From positions 124,001 to 188,000 of the forward strand of contig JASANG010003984.1 in assembly GCA_030248215.1 (NCBI GenBank): 64,000 nucleotides of DNA. Reading direction: 5' to 3'. Made by a program: the position numbers and the translations under genes. Below, piece by piece: positions 1 through 10,752 of the stretch (position 1 is its first letter; each line of letters opens with the position of its first letter). The stretch comes from Enoplolaimus lenunculus. Its lineage: Eukaryota. The notes beneath the pieces are model-generated. The model did not search any database. It was not told the origin of the DNA and saw nothing but the letters and a program-made list of their open reading frames with translations.

Positions 1-63
1 ATTGTGCGCCTGCACTACCTGACACCAAATGATAAACCAGTATTTTGTTTTGCTTTATATATA

Positions 64-262
64 CACTGCAAAAAATGGTGAGTCAAGTTGACTCTCTCCG
101 AAATAGGCTTTCACTGACTACACAAACTGAGTCAAAATTCGACTCCGCCAGAGTCAAACTGTGTCGAACTTTACTCAGGCGAAGTCGAATTTTGACTCAG
201 TTTTTGTAGTCAGGTAAAGCCTATTTCGGAGAGAGTCAATTTGACTCACCATTTTTGCAGTG
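64..262. mobile_element. Palindromic MITE family 1 (CACTG..CAGTG termini, TA flanks; CMC/EnSpm-like)
   Basis: Long TIR CACTGCAAAAAATGGTGAGTCAA..CCGAAATAGGC. Other copies at 1635-1822, 6544-6752, 13204-13359, ~30860-31046 and 31203-31938. Confidence 0.9.
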
Positions 263-720
263 TATATAGTAAAACCATGACTTTGACCCAAATAAAAATC
301 ATGGGTAATACGATTTTTTGCGTGTTAAAGCATAAAGATTTAGACTATTTTTGTGCTTTGGATTCGACTTTAGGCTCATGCTTTAGTCTAAATATTTGCT
401 AATATTTTAGATAGGTAGACAGTAAAACCGGTCGCAACTACAACTCAATATGTTCGACTGTGAATGATAGTCAGCGATCTACAAGGTCTTCATTAAATTT
501 TTGCGCAGCTGGAGAATATCGAACTGATTGATTCTAACTAGAAAATTTTCAACCTTGCTTGTATTAAGTCAAAGAAAAACCTTGAATGCCCCTCGTAAAA
601 ATTTGCCTCCCCTTGCAAAGGTGAGCTGGTTTTACAGGCCTGCCCCATTTCGGCAAGCTTACAATTCAACTTTCAGAATAGGTACTTAATCATGAATAAT
701 AGCTTGACTCTTGATATTCA

Positions 721-985
721 ATGAAGCCATTATGGATTGTAGCGGCGCTATTGCCTGCGCTATATACTGGCATGGTAGGCCTTCAAATTCCAATCTTGAA
801 CAATTCACAAGGAGTCATTGAAGCTGCAGTGTTTGGCGAACCCTTTCAATCTGGAGAGATCTTACAACGTGGGTTGTGTACTGGCTTGAACTGTAACCCA
901 TGGCTTTGGTCAAGTTTAGTAATGATGTACCACGTTGGAATGGTATTCGGCGGAGTGTTTTCGAGCCAATGGGCAGATAGATATG
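721..985 (+). CDS. Sugar porter (GLUT/SLC2A-like MFS transporter), exon 1
   Basis: ATG at 721. TM1/TM2-like segments (G..Q..LN; WLWSSLVMMYHVGMVFGG) end in WADRY. Joined to exon 2 (G|GA CGC AAA) this gives the MFS motif D-R-Y-G-R-K. The required donor is non-canonical (G|TTAAGT). Confidence 0.8.
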
Positions 986-1074
986 TTAAGTTATTAAGGT
1001 TTATGAAATCTTTGACTTATATAATTTTGAAAATTTAGCTTGCTTTTATTTGATATATATCGTAAACATATCAT

Positions 1075-1233
1075 GGCCTATGACTTTAATGGGCGTAACA
1101 GTAAATTAAGCGTATTTCTAAGCCTAAACCTAAGCCTAAGCCTAAAACCGAAGCAAAAAATGTAATTTAGAATCTAAACTTACTTTTTACGGACCCACCA
1201 AAAACCTGGACGCCCCTTGAAGTAACATGGGTC
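1075..1233 (+). mobile_element. Telomeric-repeat MITE, subfamily A
   Basis: Degenerate TIR GGCC.ATG..CTTTAA.GGGCGT, internal (GCCTAA)n, perfect 8-bp TSD CATATCAT. Confidence 0.85.
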
Positions 1234-1634
1234 CATATCATAATGCAACTGGAATTACTGTTTGAGTGAATCCGGTATTTTTCATCAGAATGTGGTTATT
1301 CTTGGTGTTGGTGTTAATTCTGAGTTTCAAAAAATGTGGAACTTTTTGACTATTTTTTCTTGTTAGAACTAAAAATAGTTAGCTTGGTTACTTACCTATC
1401 ATTATGCAACCGGAATTGCAGTTTCCGTATGAAATCCGGTACATTTTTTCACCAAATTTTCCGGCATTCTTGGCATTTGTGTTCATAATTCTGAGTTTCG
1501 AAAAATGAAAGCTGAATTTTTTTGACTATAATTTTTTCTGTTATAGCAGTAAAATAGTATGACACTGTAGAAATCTAAAATATTTCACAAAATTTCTTCA
1601 AAGTATCGAATTAAATAAACGCTTTAAAAAAGTA

Positions 1635-1822
1635 CACTGCAAAAAATGGTGAGTCACATTAACTATCTCCGAAATAGGCTCTACGGAGCTACACAAACTG
1701 AGTCAAATTTGACTCACTTAGTCGCACGTTTAACTCTGGCGGAGTCGAATTTGACTCAGCTTGTGTAGTCCCGTAGAGCTTATTTCAGAGAGAGTCAATT
1801 TGACTCACCATTTTTTGCAGTG
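1635..1822. mobile_element. MITE family 1 copy
   Basis: Same TIRs, TA flanks. Confidence 0.9.
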
Positions 1823-1902
1823 TATGAACAGTAAAAAAGTTGCACCAACTTATAAAATGATAGCAGGAGTCCTGTATTTATGTAAATCTTAACTTATTTT
1901 AG

Positions 1903-2151
1903 GACGCAAATCCGCCCTTATGCTATCTTCGAACGCGTTTATCCTACTCGGATCTGTATTTTGTTTCACAGTATGGGTAGTCCCGTCAATAACGTGGATG
2001 TTATACTTTGGTAGATTTGTCCTTGGTGTAGGGGGTGGGTTCGCATTAACCATTTTGCCCGTTTACCTCTTGGAATTCACACGGCCAAGTGAACGCGGTG
2101 CCGTTGGTGGCATGCTTGATTGTTGGATGACTATTGGAAACTTTGCAGCCG
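1903..2151 (+). CDS. Sugar porter, exon 2
   Basis: Acceptor TTTTAG and donor GTGAGT at 2152. Encodes GRFVLGVGGG..LPVYLLEFTRPSERG, the sugar-porter TM4/loop signature. Confidence 0.9.
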
Positions 2152-2386
2152 GTGAGTATTCAGTAGGTTATAAGAGCTTTGCCCGTCTCTCACTCTTCTT
2201 CGACTCGCTACAGTACATAATCCAAGTCACTGTGCTAAGTTCGCGGCAATAATAAAAGAAAGTCAACTATCGCACTAAACTGCTCAAATTCGAATTAAAG
2301 TTTGGAAACTAGCGTAAAAGACTTAATGCGGCCGAATGAAACGATGATATATAAATACAAAAATAAATAAATGTATATATATCTAT

Positions 2387-2795
2387 CAGGGTGCAACCGG
2401 AATTCCGGTTCCGGTTCCGGTTCCAGCATTTTTTCACCTTCCGGTTCCGGTTCCGGTAAATTTTTACCGGATTTAAAAATTCCGGTGTTAAAATTTGGCC
2501 GTTTTCTTAACTTTGCTAATTTTTAAGAATCTCTTTTGAAAGCCGCTTGTACTCCGAATATAAGCCATTGATGGTGGATTTCACTTCAGTCGACGACGAA
2601 AATCTAAAATACAACAAATAAAATAAATACCTATGTTCGACTAAGGTTGTTTTACAAATATTAGAGCAAAAAATAAGATTAAAATGAAATTTTTGGTGAA
2701 ATGCATTTTTCACTTTCCGGTTCCGTTTCCGGTTCCGGTTCCGGTAAAATTTTCAAATTCCGGTTCCGGTAAATTGTAATTCCGGTTGCGCCCTG
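2387..2795. mobile_element. hAT-like MITE (CAGGG termini, TTCCGG subterminal repeats)
   Basis: TIR CAGGGTGCAACCGGAATT/AATTCCGGTTGCGCCCTG, perfect 8-bp TSD ATATCTAT. Relatives at 51604-52014 and ~46897. Confidence 0.9.
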
Positions 2796-3386
2796 ATATC
2801 TATATATGTATATGTCTATATATAATATTTCTATATCTATATATAGTATTTTAAATCCTCTCCAGAGGTACCTCCTTGTTATTCGGTTACGGACTGTTAT
2901 TTATTTTTAACCCACGCTCCGCCGTCCTTCGTTACCGATATATATCCGGTACTGCAATTATCCGTTGAATTAAACATTTATTTGTTTTGTGTCAATAGCT
3001 TAAGCAATATAATACAAGGTAATAATTGTGAATGTACTTTCAAAATATATACGCTTTAAAGTTTCGAACTCAAATTATTTGGTCCTGGAGTCATTTATGC
3101 GCTAAAATTAGGGCTAATTGACATTTATGGACTCTAATTAGAGTTTAGGGACTCTATCCGCTTACGGACTCTTATAAGGATACGGACTCCTATTGATTTG
3201 AACTCAAAATGGGGACCCCCTCTTGTTACCTACCTCTTATAGTAGTCAATACAGTATTTATATATCTATAAATATATATGTATATATATTTTTTTCATAT
3301 ATAAAATTTATATATCTATATCTGTGTAAAATCTTTTTACCACTATTTAGGTTATATATTAATATAAATCTAAATTGACTTTTCAG

Positions 3387-3667
3387 GCGTACTTGCACGG
3401 TCAGATGTGCTCGGAGCTCCAGATCGTTGGCAATGGCTTGTTACAGTTGGAACATGGCCGGCGTTGTTAGGATTGATGCTTTACCCGATTTTACCAGAAA
3501 CACCAGCATTTCTGTTAAGCCAAAGCGATCAACTCAGTTCTAAGCGAACGAAAGACGAAGCGAAATCTGATAGCCACGAGTCTAATTCAATGTTGCGTTC
3601 ACAGAAACGAGATTTAGCTTACAAAGCCTGGTATGCGTTTAATGGAAAACCCACTGCAGATGATGCG
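3387..3667 (+). CDS. Sugar porter, exon 3
   Basis: Acceptor TTTTCAG, phase 1 matching exon 2. Encodes RWQWL and LPETPAFL (PESP motif after TM6). Donor is GTAAAG at 3668, or alternatively GTCCAG at 3674 in the same phase. Confidence 0.85.
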
Positions 3668-4038
3668 GTAAAGGTCCAGTTTAATTTGAATTCATATTTT
3701 TCAGTTGCTGTTGCAAGAACCCCTTTTCTAATTTTTATATAATGTAAACGTTCCTTTTTGAAATTGTAGCTACGATCCAGTAGCTGTGGGTCGGGTCGTA
3801 TCTGAACATGGATCATGTGTAGCGCACGGCGAATGTTACTTTAAGCGGCGTAGTAGTAAATTAAGCGTATTCCTAAGCCTAAGCCGAAGCCTAAGCTTTG
3901 CAAAAATGCGTTCCTAAGCCTAAGTCTAAGCAAGGACTATTAATATATGATATTCTAGGCTGTTTAGTCGTGAAAATTTAAGAAAGTGAAAATCTTGAAA
4001 TTGCAAAACAATTTTCTGTTTGTAGCGCAGTATTTTAG

Positions 4039-4320
4039 GAAACAACAACACTACTGAATACAATCGAATTTGATAGCCGAACAGAGTCACGTGCTGTAAT
4101 ATCGTGGCAGCTTTCATTTACACAATACGGCCAGATTTTAGCGATGGGAGCTATGATAGGACTTACTTCGGCCTGTTCTGGCAGCCCGGTGCTGATTACT
4201 TATTCAACAGCGATGTTTATTCGATCCGGAATGTCTCAAAGCATTGCCCAGTTGATGACAAATGCGCTTGGAGTGAGTGAAATTGTTGGTGGCGTCCTGT
4301 GTGCAGTAATAAATCATAAG
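4039..4320 (+). CDS. Sugar porter, exon 4
   Basis: Acceptor TTTTAG, phase 0, open frame through CSGSPVLITYSTAMF (TM7-like) and TM8. Donor GTACGT at 4321. Confidence 0.85.
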
Positions 4321-4432
4321 GTACGTTTAGTGATTAAAACCCTAATTCACACGAACAATTCAACTGGAGCCTACACATGCTAGGATTCAGATTTTGTATC
4401 GGTAATTCCATGAGTCGATAATGACTCGTTTT

Positions 4433-5240
4433 ACAAGAATGGGCACCTAGGTACACTTGGTGTATAAAAGAATGTACCCGGCAAGTGTTGCGTTCTTGCT
4501 TTACCCCCCCTTATTTAGAGGGGGATACAACCGGTGCGAACAATGGCAGTTTATGTATACGGCGGCGTCAAACATGGTCCCCTTATAGTTTGATTCAGGG
4601 GCATTCATGTGATAGCGACCCCCCTCTAACACCCCAAGAATTGCACACTCTTGTCATGATCCAATCTTGGTAATACCAAGAGTGCATGATACAAGTGTGT
4701 GCAACTATTAGGATTCCGCATGGTAGAAAACGTACCACCGGGCGTTGCGTTTGTGGCCGACCTCTCTTTGTTTAGAGGGGGTCACTGTCACATGCAATAA
4801 CCCTAAATCAAATTATAACCCTAAATTAAATTATAAGCGGAGCAATTTGTTGCTGGATACATAAAGTGCCATGGTTCGCATAGGTTGTACCCCCTTTTAA
4901 ATAAAGGGGAGGGGGTAGGCCCAAAACGCAACACGTACCGGGTACATTCTTTTCTACACAGAATGTGTCCAGTTGCATACTCTTGTTAGTATGCATGCGC
5001 GATCCGTGGCATAAAAAGTACCACCGCGCGTTGCGTTTTCCCATACCCCCCTTAGGGGAAGTCAACTGCACATAGAACTCAGCTAAACCTAAATCAAGAA
5101 TATAATGAGACAATATTTCCACTGTGTATCGCGACAGTATTTGCCTGCATTCAAGGTTTTAACACCCCCATAAATGAGGAGGGAGGTAAAGCAAAAATGC
5201 AACGCGTGCCGGGAACATTCTTTTGTACACAGAATGTATC
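4433..5240. mobile_element. Cluster of CAAGAGTG-terminated MITE copies
   Basis: Three rearranged, related segments. A single copy with CAAGAGTGC..GCACACTCTTG ends lies at 20884-21171. Confidence 0.65.
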
Positions 5241-5377
5241 AAAAATTGATTTTCAAATATCGGCTTCACTTTGAGCCAAATCGTAGTCTATTGTCGGTCC
5301 TGCGGTAAAACGGAACGCCTCTAAAAGCAACATGAACCCAGCGTCAATATGGGTTTCATTATATTCTTTATTTTCAG

Positions 5378-5794
5378 GTCGACCGTAGACCAGTAATGTT
5401 AACAACACTTACATGCGTTTTTGCTACAAATGCCATAACTTCACTTACTCTATTGCTGATTTCATCCGACGACAGTAACCTCATTAAAGGCAGCGCTTTT
5501 GACACCTCTACGGCAAGCTTTGCCCAAATCATGGTGCTAACAGCACTCTGCCTGATCCTTGTAGTAGCGAGCAATATTGGCCCTTCAGGACTAGGACCGG
5601 TGCTTTGTGTAGAACGTTCGCCGCTTGTTGTTCGGGCGAAAACTCGGACTCTTGCCGTAGGATTAGGCGTAACGGTGAGGATTATACTTGACTTAGTCGC
5701 GTGGCCGTTATTAACAATCGTTGCTCCAGTGTTATTCATTGTGTTCGCTGGAGTTAACGCAATAAGTTGGACGTATTTTTATAAAACGCTCTAA
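5378..5794 (+). CDS. Sugar porter, exon 5 (terminal)
   Basis: Acceptor TTTTCAG. K|VDRRP is the second MFS loop motif, followed by hydrophobic TM9-12 with IGPSGLGP. TAA at 5792-5794. Confidence 0.85.
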   Translation, partial: VDRRPVMLTTLTCVFATNAITSLTLLLISSDDSNLIKGSAFDTSTASFAQIMVLTALCLILVVASNIGPSGLGPVLCVERSPLVVRAKTRTLAVGLGVTVRIILDLVAWPLLTIVAPVLFIVFAGVNAISWTYFYKTL

Positions 5795-5838
5795 GTGTAA
5801 AATTGTACACTGGCGGAGATGCAAAAAAATAGCCTTTA

Positions 5839-6221
5839 GAGCTCATGTAAAGATCAGAGCGGACCGTTTTGAACTCAACTATAGAGCCAGCTTAAACTTT
5901 AGATTATTTTTTGCTTAGGCTCTTAGGCTTAATTACAGGACGCTTATTCTTACGCCTTGACTAGGTTTATCCTTAGGCTCAGGCGCTTAGGCCCTGACTT
6001 AGGAATATGCTTATACATATTGTTGCGGCCCCGTTCTAAACATTAACAGTAAATTTTTGGAAACAATGACTAATGTAAAGAACATAAAGCGGAACAGTAT
6101 TATACGCTTATCTCTAAGCGCAAGCCTAAGCCTAAACCAAGCAAAAAATTAGTCTAAAACTTAAGCTTACACTATTGCAGTACCACAGAAAAACGTTCCG
6201 CCCCTGATCTTTACATGGGCC
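5839..6221. mobile_element. Inverted pair of subfamily B telomeric-repeat MITEs
   Basis: 5839-~6047 in reverse (CATGTAAAGATCAG..TTAGGC) and ~6068-6221 forward (..CTGATCTTTACATGGGCC). Confidence 0.7.
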
Positions 6222-6543
6222 GAAAAACGATTAAGCGCAGGTCTGAACCAAATGTGTTGGTTTAAACCTAAAATGACTAGCCTCAATTTTATCCAGAACC
6301 TATAAGCATTGCTCTATATTAACTATACGTCTAAACGAACGCGCAAGGCCGATAATTTGGCTCAGGATTTGTTTAATATCGAGAATAGGCTGCAATTTGT
6401 CTTTCACAAAGTGGTTTGTTAGCACAGCTGTGTTTATCGCTCGCAATAACGCCATAAGAGTATAAGTTTTATTTTTAGAATATAATTTTTAAAAATTATC
6501 AAATCAAATTCTGCCTTTTTTATACTGGTGTAAAAAGACAATA

Positions 6544-6752
6544 CACTGTAAAAAATGTGGAGTCATATTGACTCTCTCGGAGATAGTCTTTTCCTGACTA
6601 CACAAACTCAGTCAAATTCGAATCCACTAGAGTCAAATGCGATTCACTATGTCGCACGTTTGGCTCTGGCGGAATCGAATTTGATTCAGTTTGTGTAGTC
6701 AGGAAAAGCGTATTTCCGCCAGCGTCAATTTGACTCCCCATTTTTTACAGTG
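6544..6752. mobile_element. MITE family 1 copy
   Basis: Same TIRs, TA flanks. Confidence 0.88.
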
Positions 6753-7123
6753 TAGTTATGAAATGTAGGTTAATTGTTAATCTAACAACCGAAACTATTA
6801 TTTTATTAAACTCGTGTTAAAAACCTTAGTTCTATCGGTTTTCGGCTTTAAAACTCCATTTTTTAAAAACGCATTTTTGAAATTGGAGAAATTCTACAAG
6901 AAATAGCCTGTGAAGCAAAACGTTAACGCTTTTTAGTGTTTGCCAAAACGCTATTTTAGCATCAGTATGAATGCTTTTTTGAGAACGCAAAAAAGCGTTG
7001 TGTATTTTTCAAAAGACGTCGTACTGTAATCTTTGCAAAGGGGTCTAGTCAAAGTGCGCTTTCTATATCATGGAAAAATTGTCGCACAAATAGTTGTGAC
7101 AATATAATATCTATAAACAATAC

Positions 7124-7224
7124 CTTAAGCCTAAGCCTAAGCTTAAGCCTAAGCTTAAGCCTAAGCTTAAGCCTAAGCTTAAGCCTAAGCCTAAGCCGAA
7201 GCATAAGCCTAAACCTAAGTCTAA
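7124..7224. repeat. Interstitial telomere-like array (GCCTAA/GCTTAA)
   Basis: ~16 hexamers, partly alternating. Confidence 0.9.
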
Positions 7225-7620
7225 GGAAATTGTGAGATGGTTTTCAAGGTTTAGAATCGAAAAATTGTAATTCCGTTTGTACCATAACCCACTTAAAACA
7301 AGGGCTTAGTTACAGCACACATGAGATATTAAAGTGATTTTAGGGCTCTAGAAAAACAAAATTTACGGATATTCAATATAGTTTTTTCATTCATTTACAC
7401 TATTTTTGATTGTTGTATAATGAGTAAAAATCCGCAAATATAAAATAAAAAATGGCACTTAAAACAAAAAATATTAATGACAGAAGTAATAACCAATCAT
7501 GTGCCATTGTTTAGCGAAATATGTACATTTCAAAAATGACCATGAATAGACGAACGCTTTCAGACAAGAGTATGCAACTGAGCACATTCAGTGTGACAGA
7601 CAATTCACTCAACGTACGTT

Positions 7621-7876
7621 CACTGTAAATTCCAATGAGTTGATTAATCAATTTAGCTACCGAGGTGGTTATTTCTGAATTAACATCAGTAAGCATTAAC
7701 TCACTTTGAGTCTAGTTGATTCTCACTCTGTGTTGAGTTGACTCTGGGTGAGTTGATTAAAATTAACTCGGAATAATTGAATCAACTCAAGATTCTGAGT
7801 TCTGATAGTCCAAACTCAGACTGAGTGATTCAACTCATTCTGAGTTAAAATCAACTCTACTGAAATTTTTACAGTG
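7621..7876. mobile_element. MITE family 2 (CACTGTAAAT..TTTACAGTG, GAGTT/AACTC-rich)
   Basis: TIRs present. Related copies at 14684-14932 and, inverted, at 25731-25985. Confidence 0.8.
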
Positions 7877-8306
7877 TTGAATTTTTTTTTACTGAGAGGT
7901 GAACACTCAGTGTAAAGTACTAAAAGTAAAATTTCTTCAAGTTTTTTCAAAAAATTCTTAAAATCCTAAACCCTGTTGATATAATTTCAAAATGTATCTA
8001 TGCATTTTTTGGAGTTTAAAAAACATTTAGCTAATCTGGTCAGCACCGATTCTGAGCATAGTGGAAAAATTTTCAATTGCAACGCCAAACTGAAAGTAAA
8101 CACCGTAAATTTCGTTACAATTTTAGATTTAATCTTATTTACGTTATGGTCAAACGTGGAAAAATGTCAAAAAATGCTATTTTTAAAGTTAATGACCATT
8201 TCACTATAAATCTTAAGAAATTTGGATTCTAAATACATCTAAAACGCGTTAAGCATATTAGCATGCGTAAGTTGTTGCTGCGTCACCTTCAAGCCACAAG
8301 TTTTTC

Positions 8307-8497
8307 GGCTGATGTTACTTTAAGGGGCGTCCAGGTTTCTGGTGGTTCTATAAAAGAGTAGGTTTAGATTCCAGATTACATTTTTTGCTTAAGGTTAGGC
8401 TTAGGCTTAGGAACTCGTTTTTGCAACGCTTAGGCTTAGGCTTTAGGCTTAGGAATACGCTTAATCTACTGTTACGCTTCTTAAAGTAACATTGACC
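8307..8497 (-). mobile_element. Telomeric-repeat MITE, subfamily A (inverted)
   Basis: TIR ATGTTACTTTAAGGGGCGT with internal (TTAGGC)n. Confidence 0.85.
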
Positions 8498-8654
8498 AGT
8501 TTTCGGAAGAGGTTTCGACCAACGCTTCTGGTGCACATCGTAACTGTAAGTTCTCGCAGCAAAAACTTGCAAGAGTGAAACTTAAACGAGCGATTTTAAT
8601 TCCAAAACTACACAGCTCGTTCTCAACCAAACTTGCAGCGTACAACCAAAAATA

Positions 8655-8838
8655 GGATAATGTTACTTTAAGGGGCGTTACATTAGATTAAGTGTATTCC
8701 TAAGCCTAAGCCTAAGCATTGCTAAAATGAGTTCCTAAGTCTAAGCCTAATCCTAAGCAAAAAATGTACTCTAGAATCTAAACCCACTCGTTTATAGACC
8801 TACTAGAAACCTGGACGCAACTTAAAGTAACATGGGCC
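8655..8838 (+). mobile_element. Telomeric-repeat MITE, subfamily A
   Basis: TIRs present. TSD CAAAAATA/AAAAAATA. Confidence 0.85.
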
Positions 8839-8992
8839 AAAAAATACATAGCTAATAGCATCACTCTTGGCAAATTTCTTCAAACCAGCTTCACCTCCCA
8901 CAAAACCGACCAATCATTGTTCAAATGACACTGAAGACAAAAGCAGACAGAATGATGGGAGAATAGGAAAAAACTGTGTCCAATCAAATGAT

Positions 8993-9043
8993 TTTATTCA
9001 ATAATAGTCCTGTTCGAATTAATATAAAAAAATAAACTTTATT
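8993..9043 (-). promoter_or_regulatory. Candidate polyadenylation signals of the multi-PDZ gene (3' UTR ~0.8 kb)
   Basis: Two minus-strand AATAAA (plus TTTATT at 8993-8998 and 9038-9043), at the end of repeat-free sequence downstream of the stop. Confidence 0.55.
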
Positions 9044-9789
9044 GCTGTTACAGGTGATCAAAGACTAAGTCTGTAATGATCCGTAGACGTTCAGCGTCCA
9101 ATTTCCGCTGGTCCTCTTAAGGAACTGGAATACACGGCCGGAACTCAATCACATTTGCCTGATACTCACAACTGTGCCTGATCCTTCGACAAGTGTTAAA
9201 TATAGTTCACCTGATACTGCTAGCTATGTAATTACTACGATTCAGTGAAAACAACACCGTGTCGATAATCAGCCACAATTGTTTTTCGTTCAACTGTCAG
9301 GCTAAGCTCCACAGGCAAACCAGTGTTGGCGTTTAAGCAGTGGTAGTTGCTCCATAAATTGGCAAAATGGACTACAAGCCAAACTAAAACTAGACTGCGT
9401 TCTTTAACTGCTCTTGTACAACTCTATTCGCGTTGGTTGACCAGCAACGTACGGCGGAAGTCGACATCAGCACCATCAATATCCAGGCACCTTAGTAGAA
9501 GCAGTGTTTTCGCCAGTCAGCTGATTCTATACCGAACATAGCGACATCATCAATTCAGAATCAAAACAAACCATACCGGTTGTCTAGAAATTCATCTCGT
9601 GTCTTTCATTTCGGTTATGAATAACCAGGTTTTTTCCGGAACAAATTTCAGTCGTTGACCGCATCTTTGATCGATAAGTTGACCGAATTCAATCACAAGA
9701 CACCAGATTGTCGAAGTTGCGTTTGTTTCGTCTTCCCCAGTCGGTTTTGCTACGCTTCGCTTCGCTGAGCCAACTTTTCATCAGGTCTG

Positions 9790-10063
9790 TCACGAATCAC
9801 CAGGTCTCACCAGTAACACCACACGATCTTTGGCTTCTTTCAGTACCGCAACCGCTTGTTGATGTGACAGGCCGTTTAGTGATTTTCCGTTCACAGCGAC
9901 AATTTGGTCCCCGCGTTTGAGTCGGCCGTCAGCAGACGCTGCGCCTTTGGCGAATACTGTTTTGACGTAAACGGGCAGGTCGCCGTGTGGACTGCCAGCG
10001 CCGCCAACCACACTGAAGCCAAGGCCGTCGGCGCCTTTTTCGAGCACGATTTCTTTTAGATTT
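9790..10063 (-). CDS. mpz-1: Multi-PDZ protein terminal exon (PDZ13-equivalent)
   Basis: LEKGADGLGFSVVGGAGSPHGDLPVYVKTVFAKGAASADGRLKRGDQIVAVNG is near-identical to the last MPDZ PDZ domain. TGA at 9790-9792. Confidence 0.95.
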
Positions 10064-10752
10064 CTGAAACGGCGAAAAATGCTTGTAGTACTTATACTTA
10101 TACTTATACTTATAATATGTTTTACCCAAAATTTTTGATTCTAAAAATCGTTCATATTTTCATGCAGCTAGTTTAGATATGTATAATTTATCGCATGTAG
10201 CAACATCATACTATAAGCTTACTACATACAATGTCAGGTTCCATTCAAATTCTGTAGTAGCAAACTAGGCGAAAGTTTGCTCTAATTTTTGTGCAAATTT
10301 TCTTCGTATTTTGACTCAGATAAACGGCGTCGAAGTAAACTATAAAACTACGCAGCCCCGGTACATAGAGCCAACAATTATTTTTTAAGCATTGCCTAGT
10401 GTGTTGGCTTAGCGTATTGTTATGCAACAGTTGATGCTACATTATCTGGTTTTTCGTCATATTGTGCGTTGACTTTTTTAAAATCTGTAAAGAAAATTGT
10501 TTTAAAAACAGGAATATACATAGCTAGGTAGAGCAAACTATCATGAATGCGGATGGATTAAAATAATAATTGGTGGGGTTGGTGCATCGGTTATGAGTGA
10601 CTTAATAATCTTGGTAAGTTAGTGGTTATGAGTGACTTAATCATCTTGGTAAGTTAGTATCAATTCAATTTTGTTTGTTGTTCGATCTTTTCAGTATCTA
10701 TACCCGTATCAGAACAAAGTTACTTTTGTAAAGTTGTGAAACAAGTTGTTAA

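Noticed and set aside
5374..5739. 121-aa minus-strand ORF
   Set aside because: Antisense shadow of transporter exon 5.
5792..5800. Stop-codon reassignment (TAA read as sense)
   Set aside because: The two TAAs would need to encode different residues (E and K), and no in-frame TAA occurs in the other 22 exons.
7124..7224. True telomere or chromosome-fusion scar
   Set aside because: Short, degenerate and single-orientation, and similar blocks occur throughout as MITE cargo.
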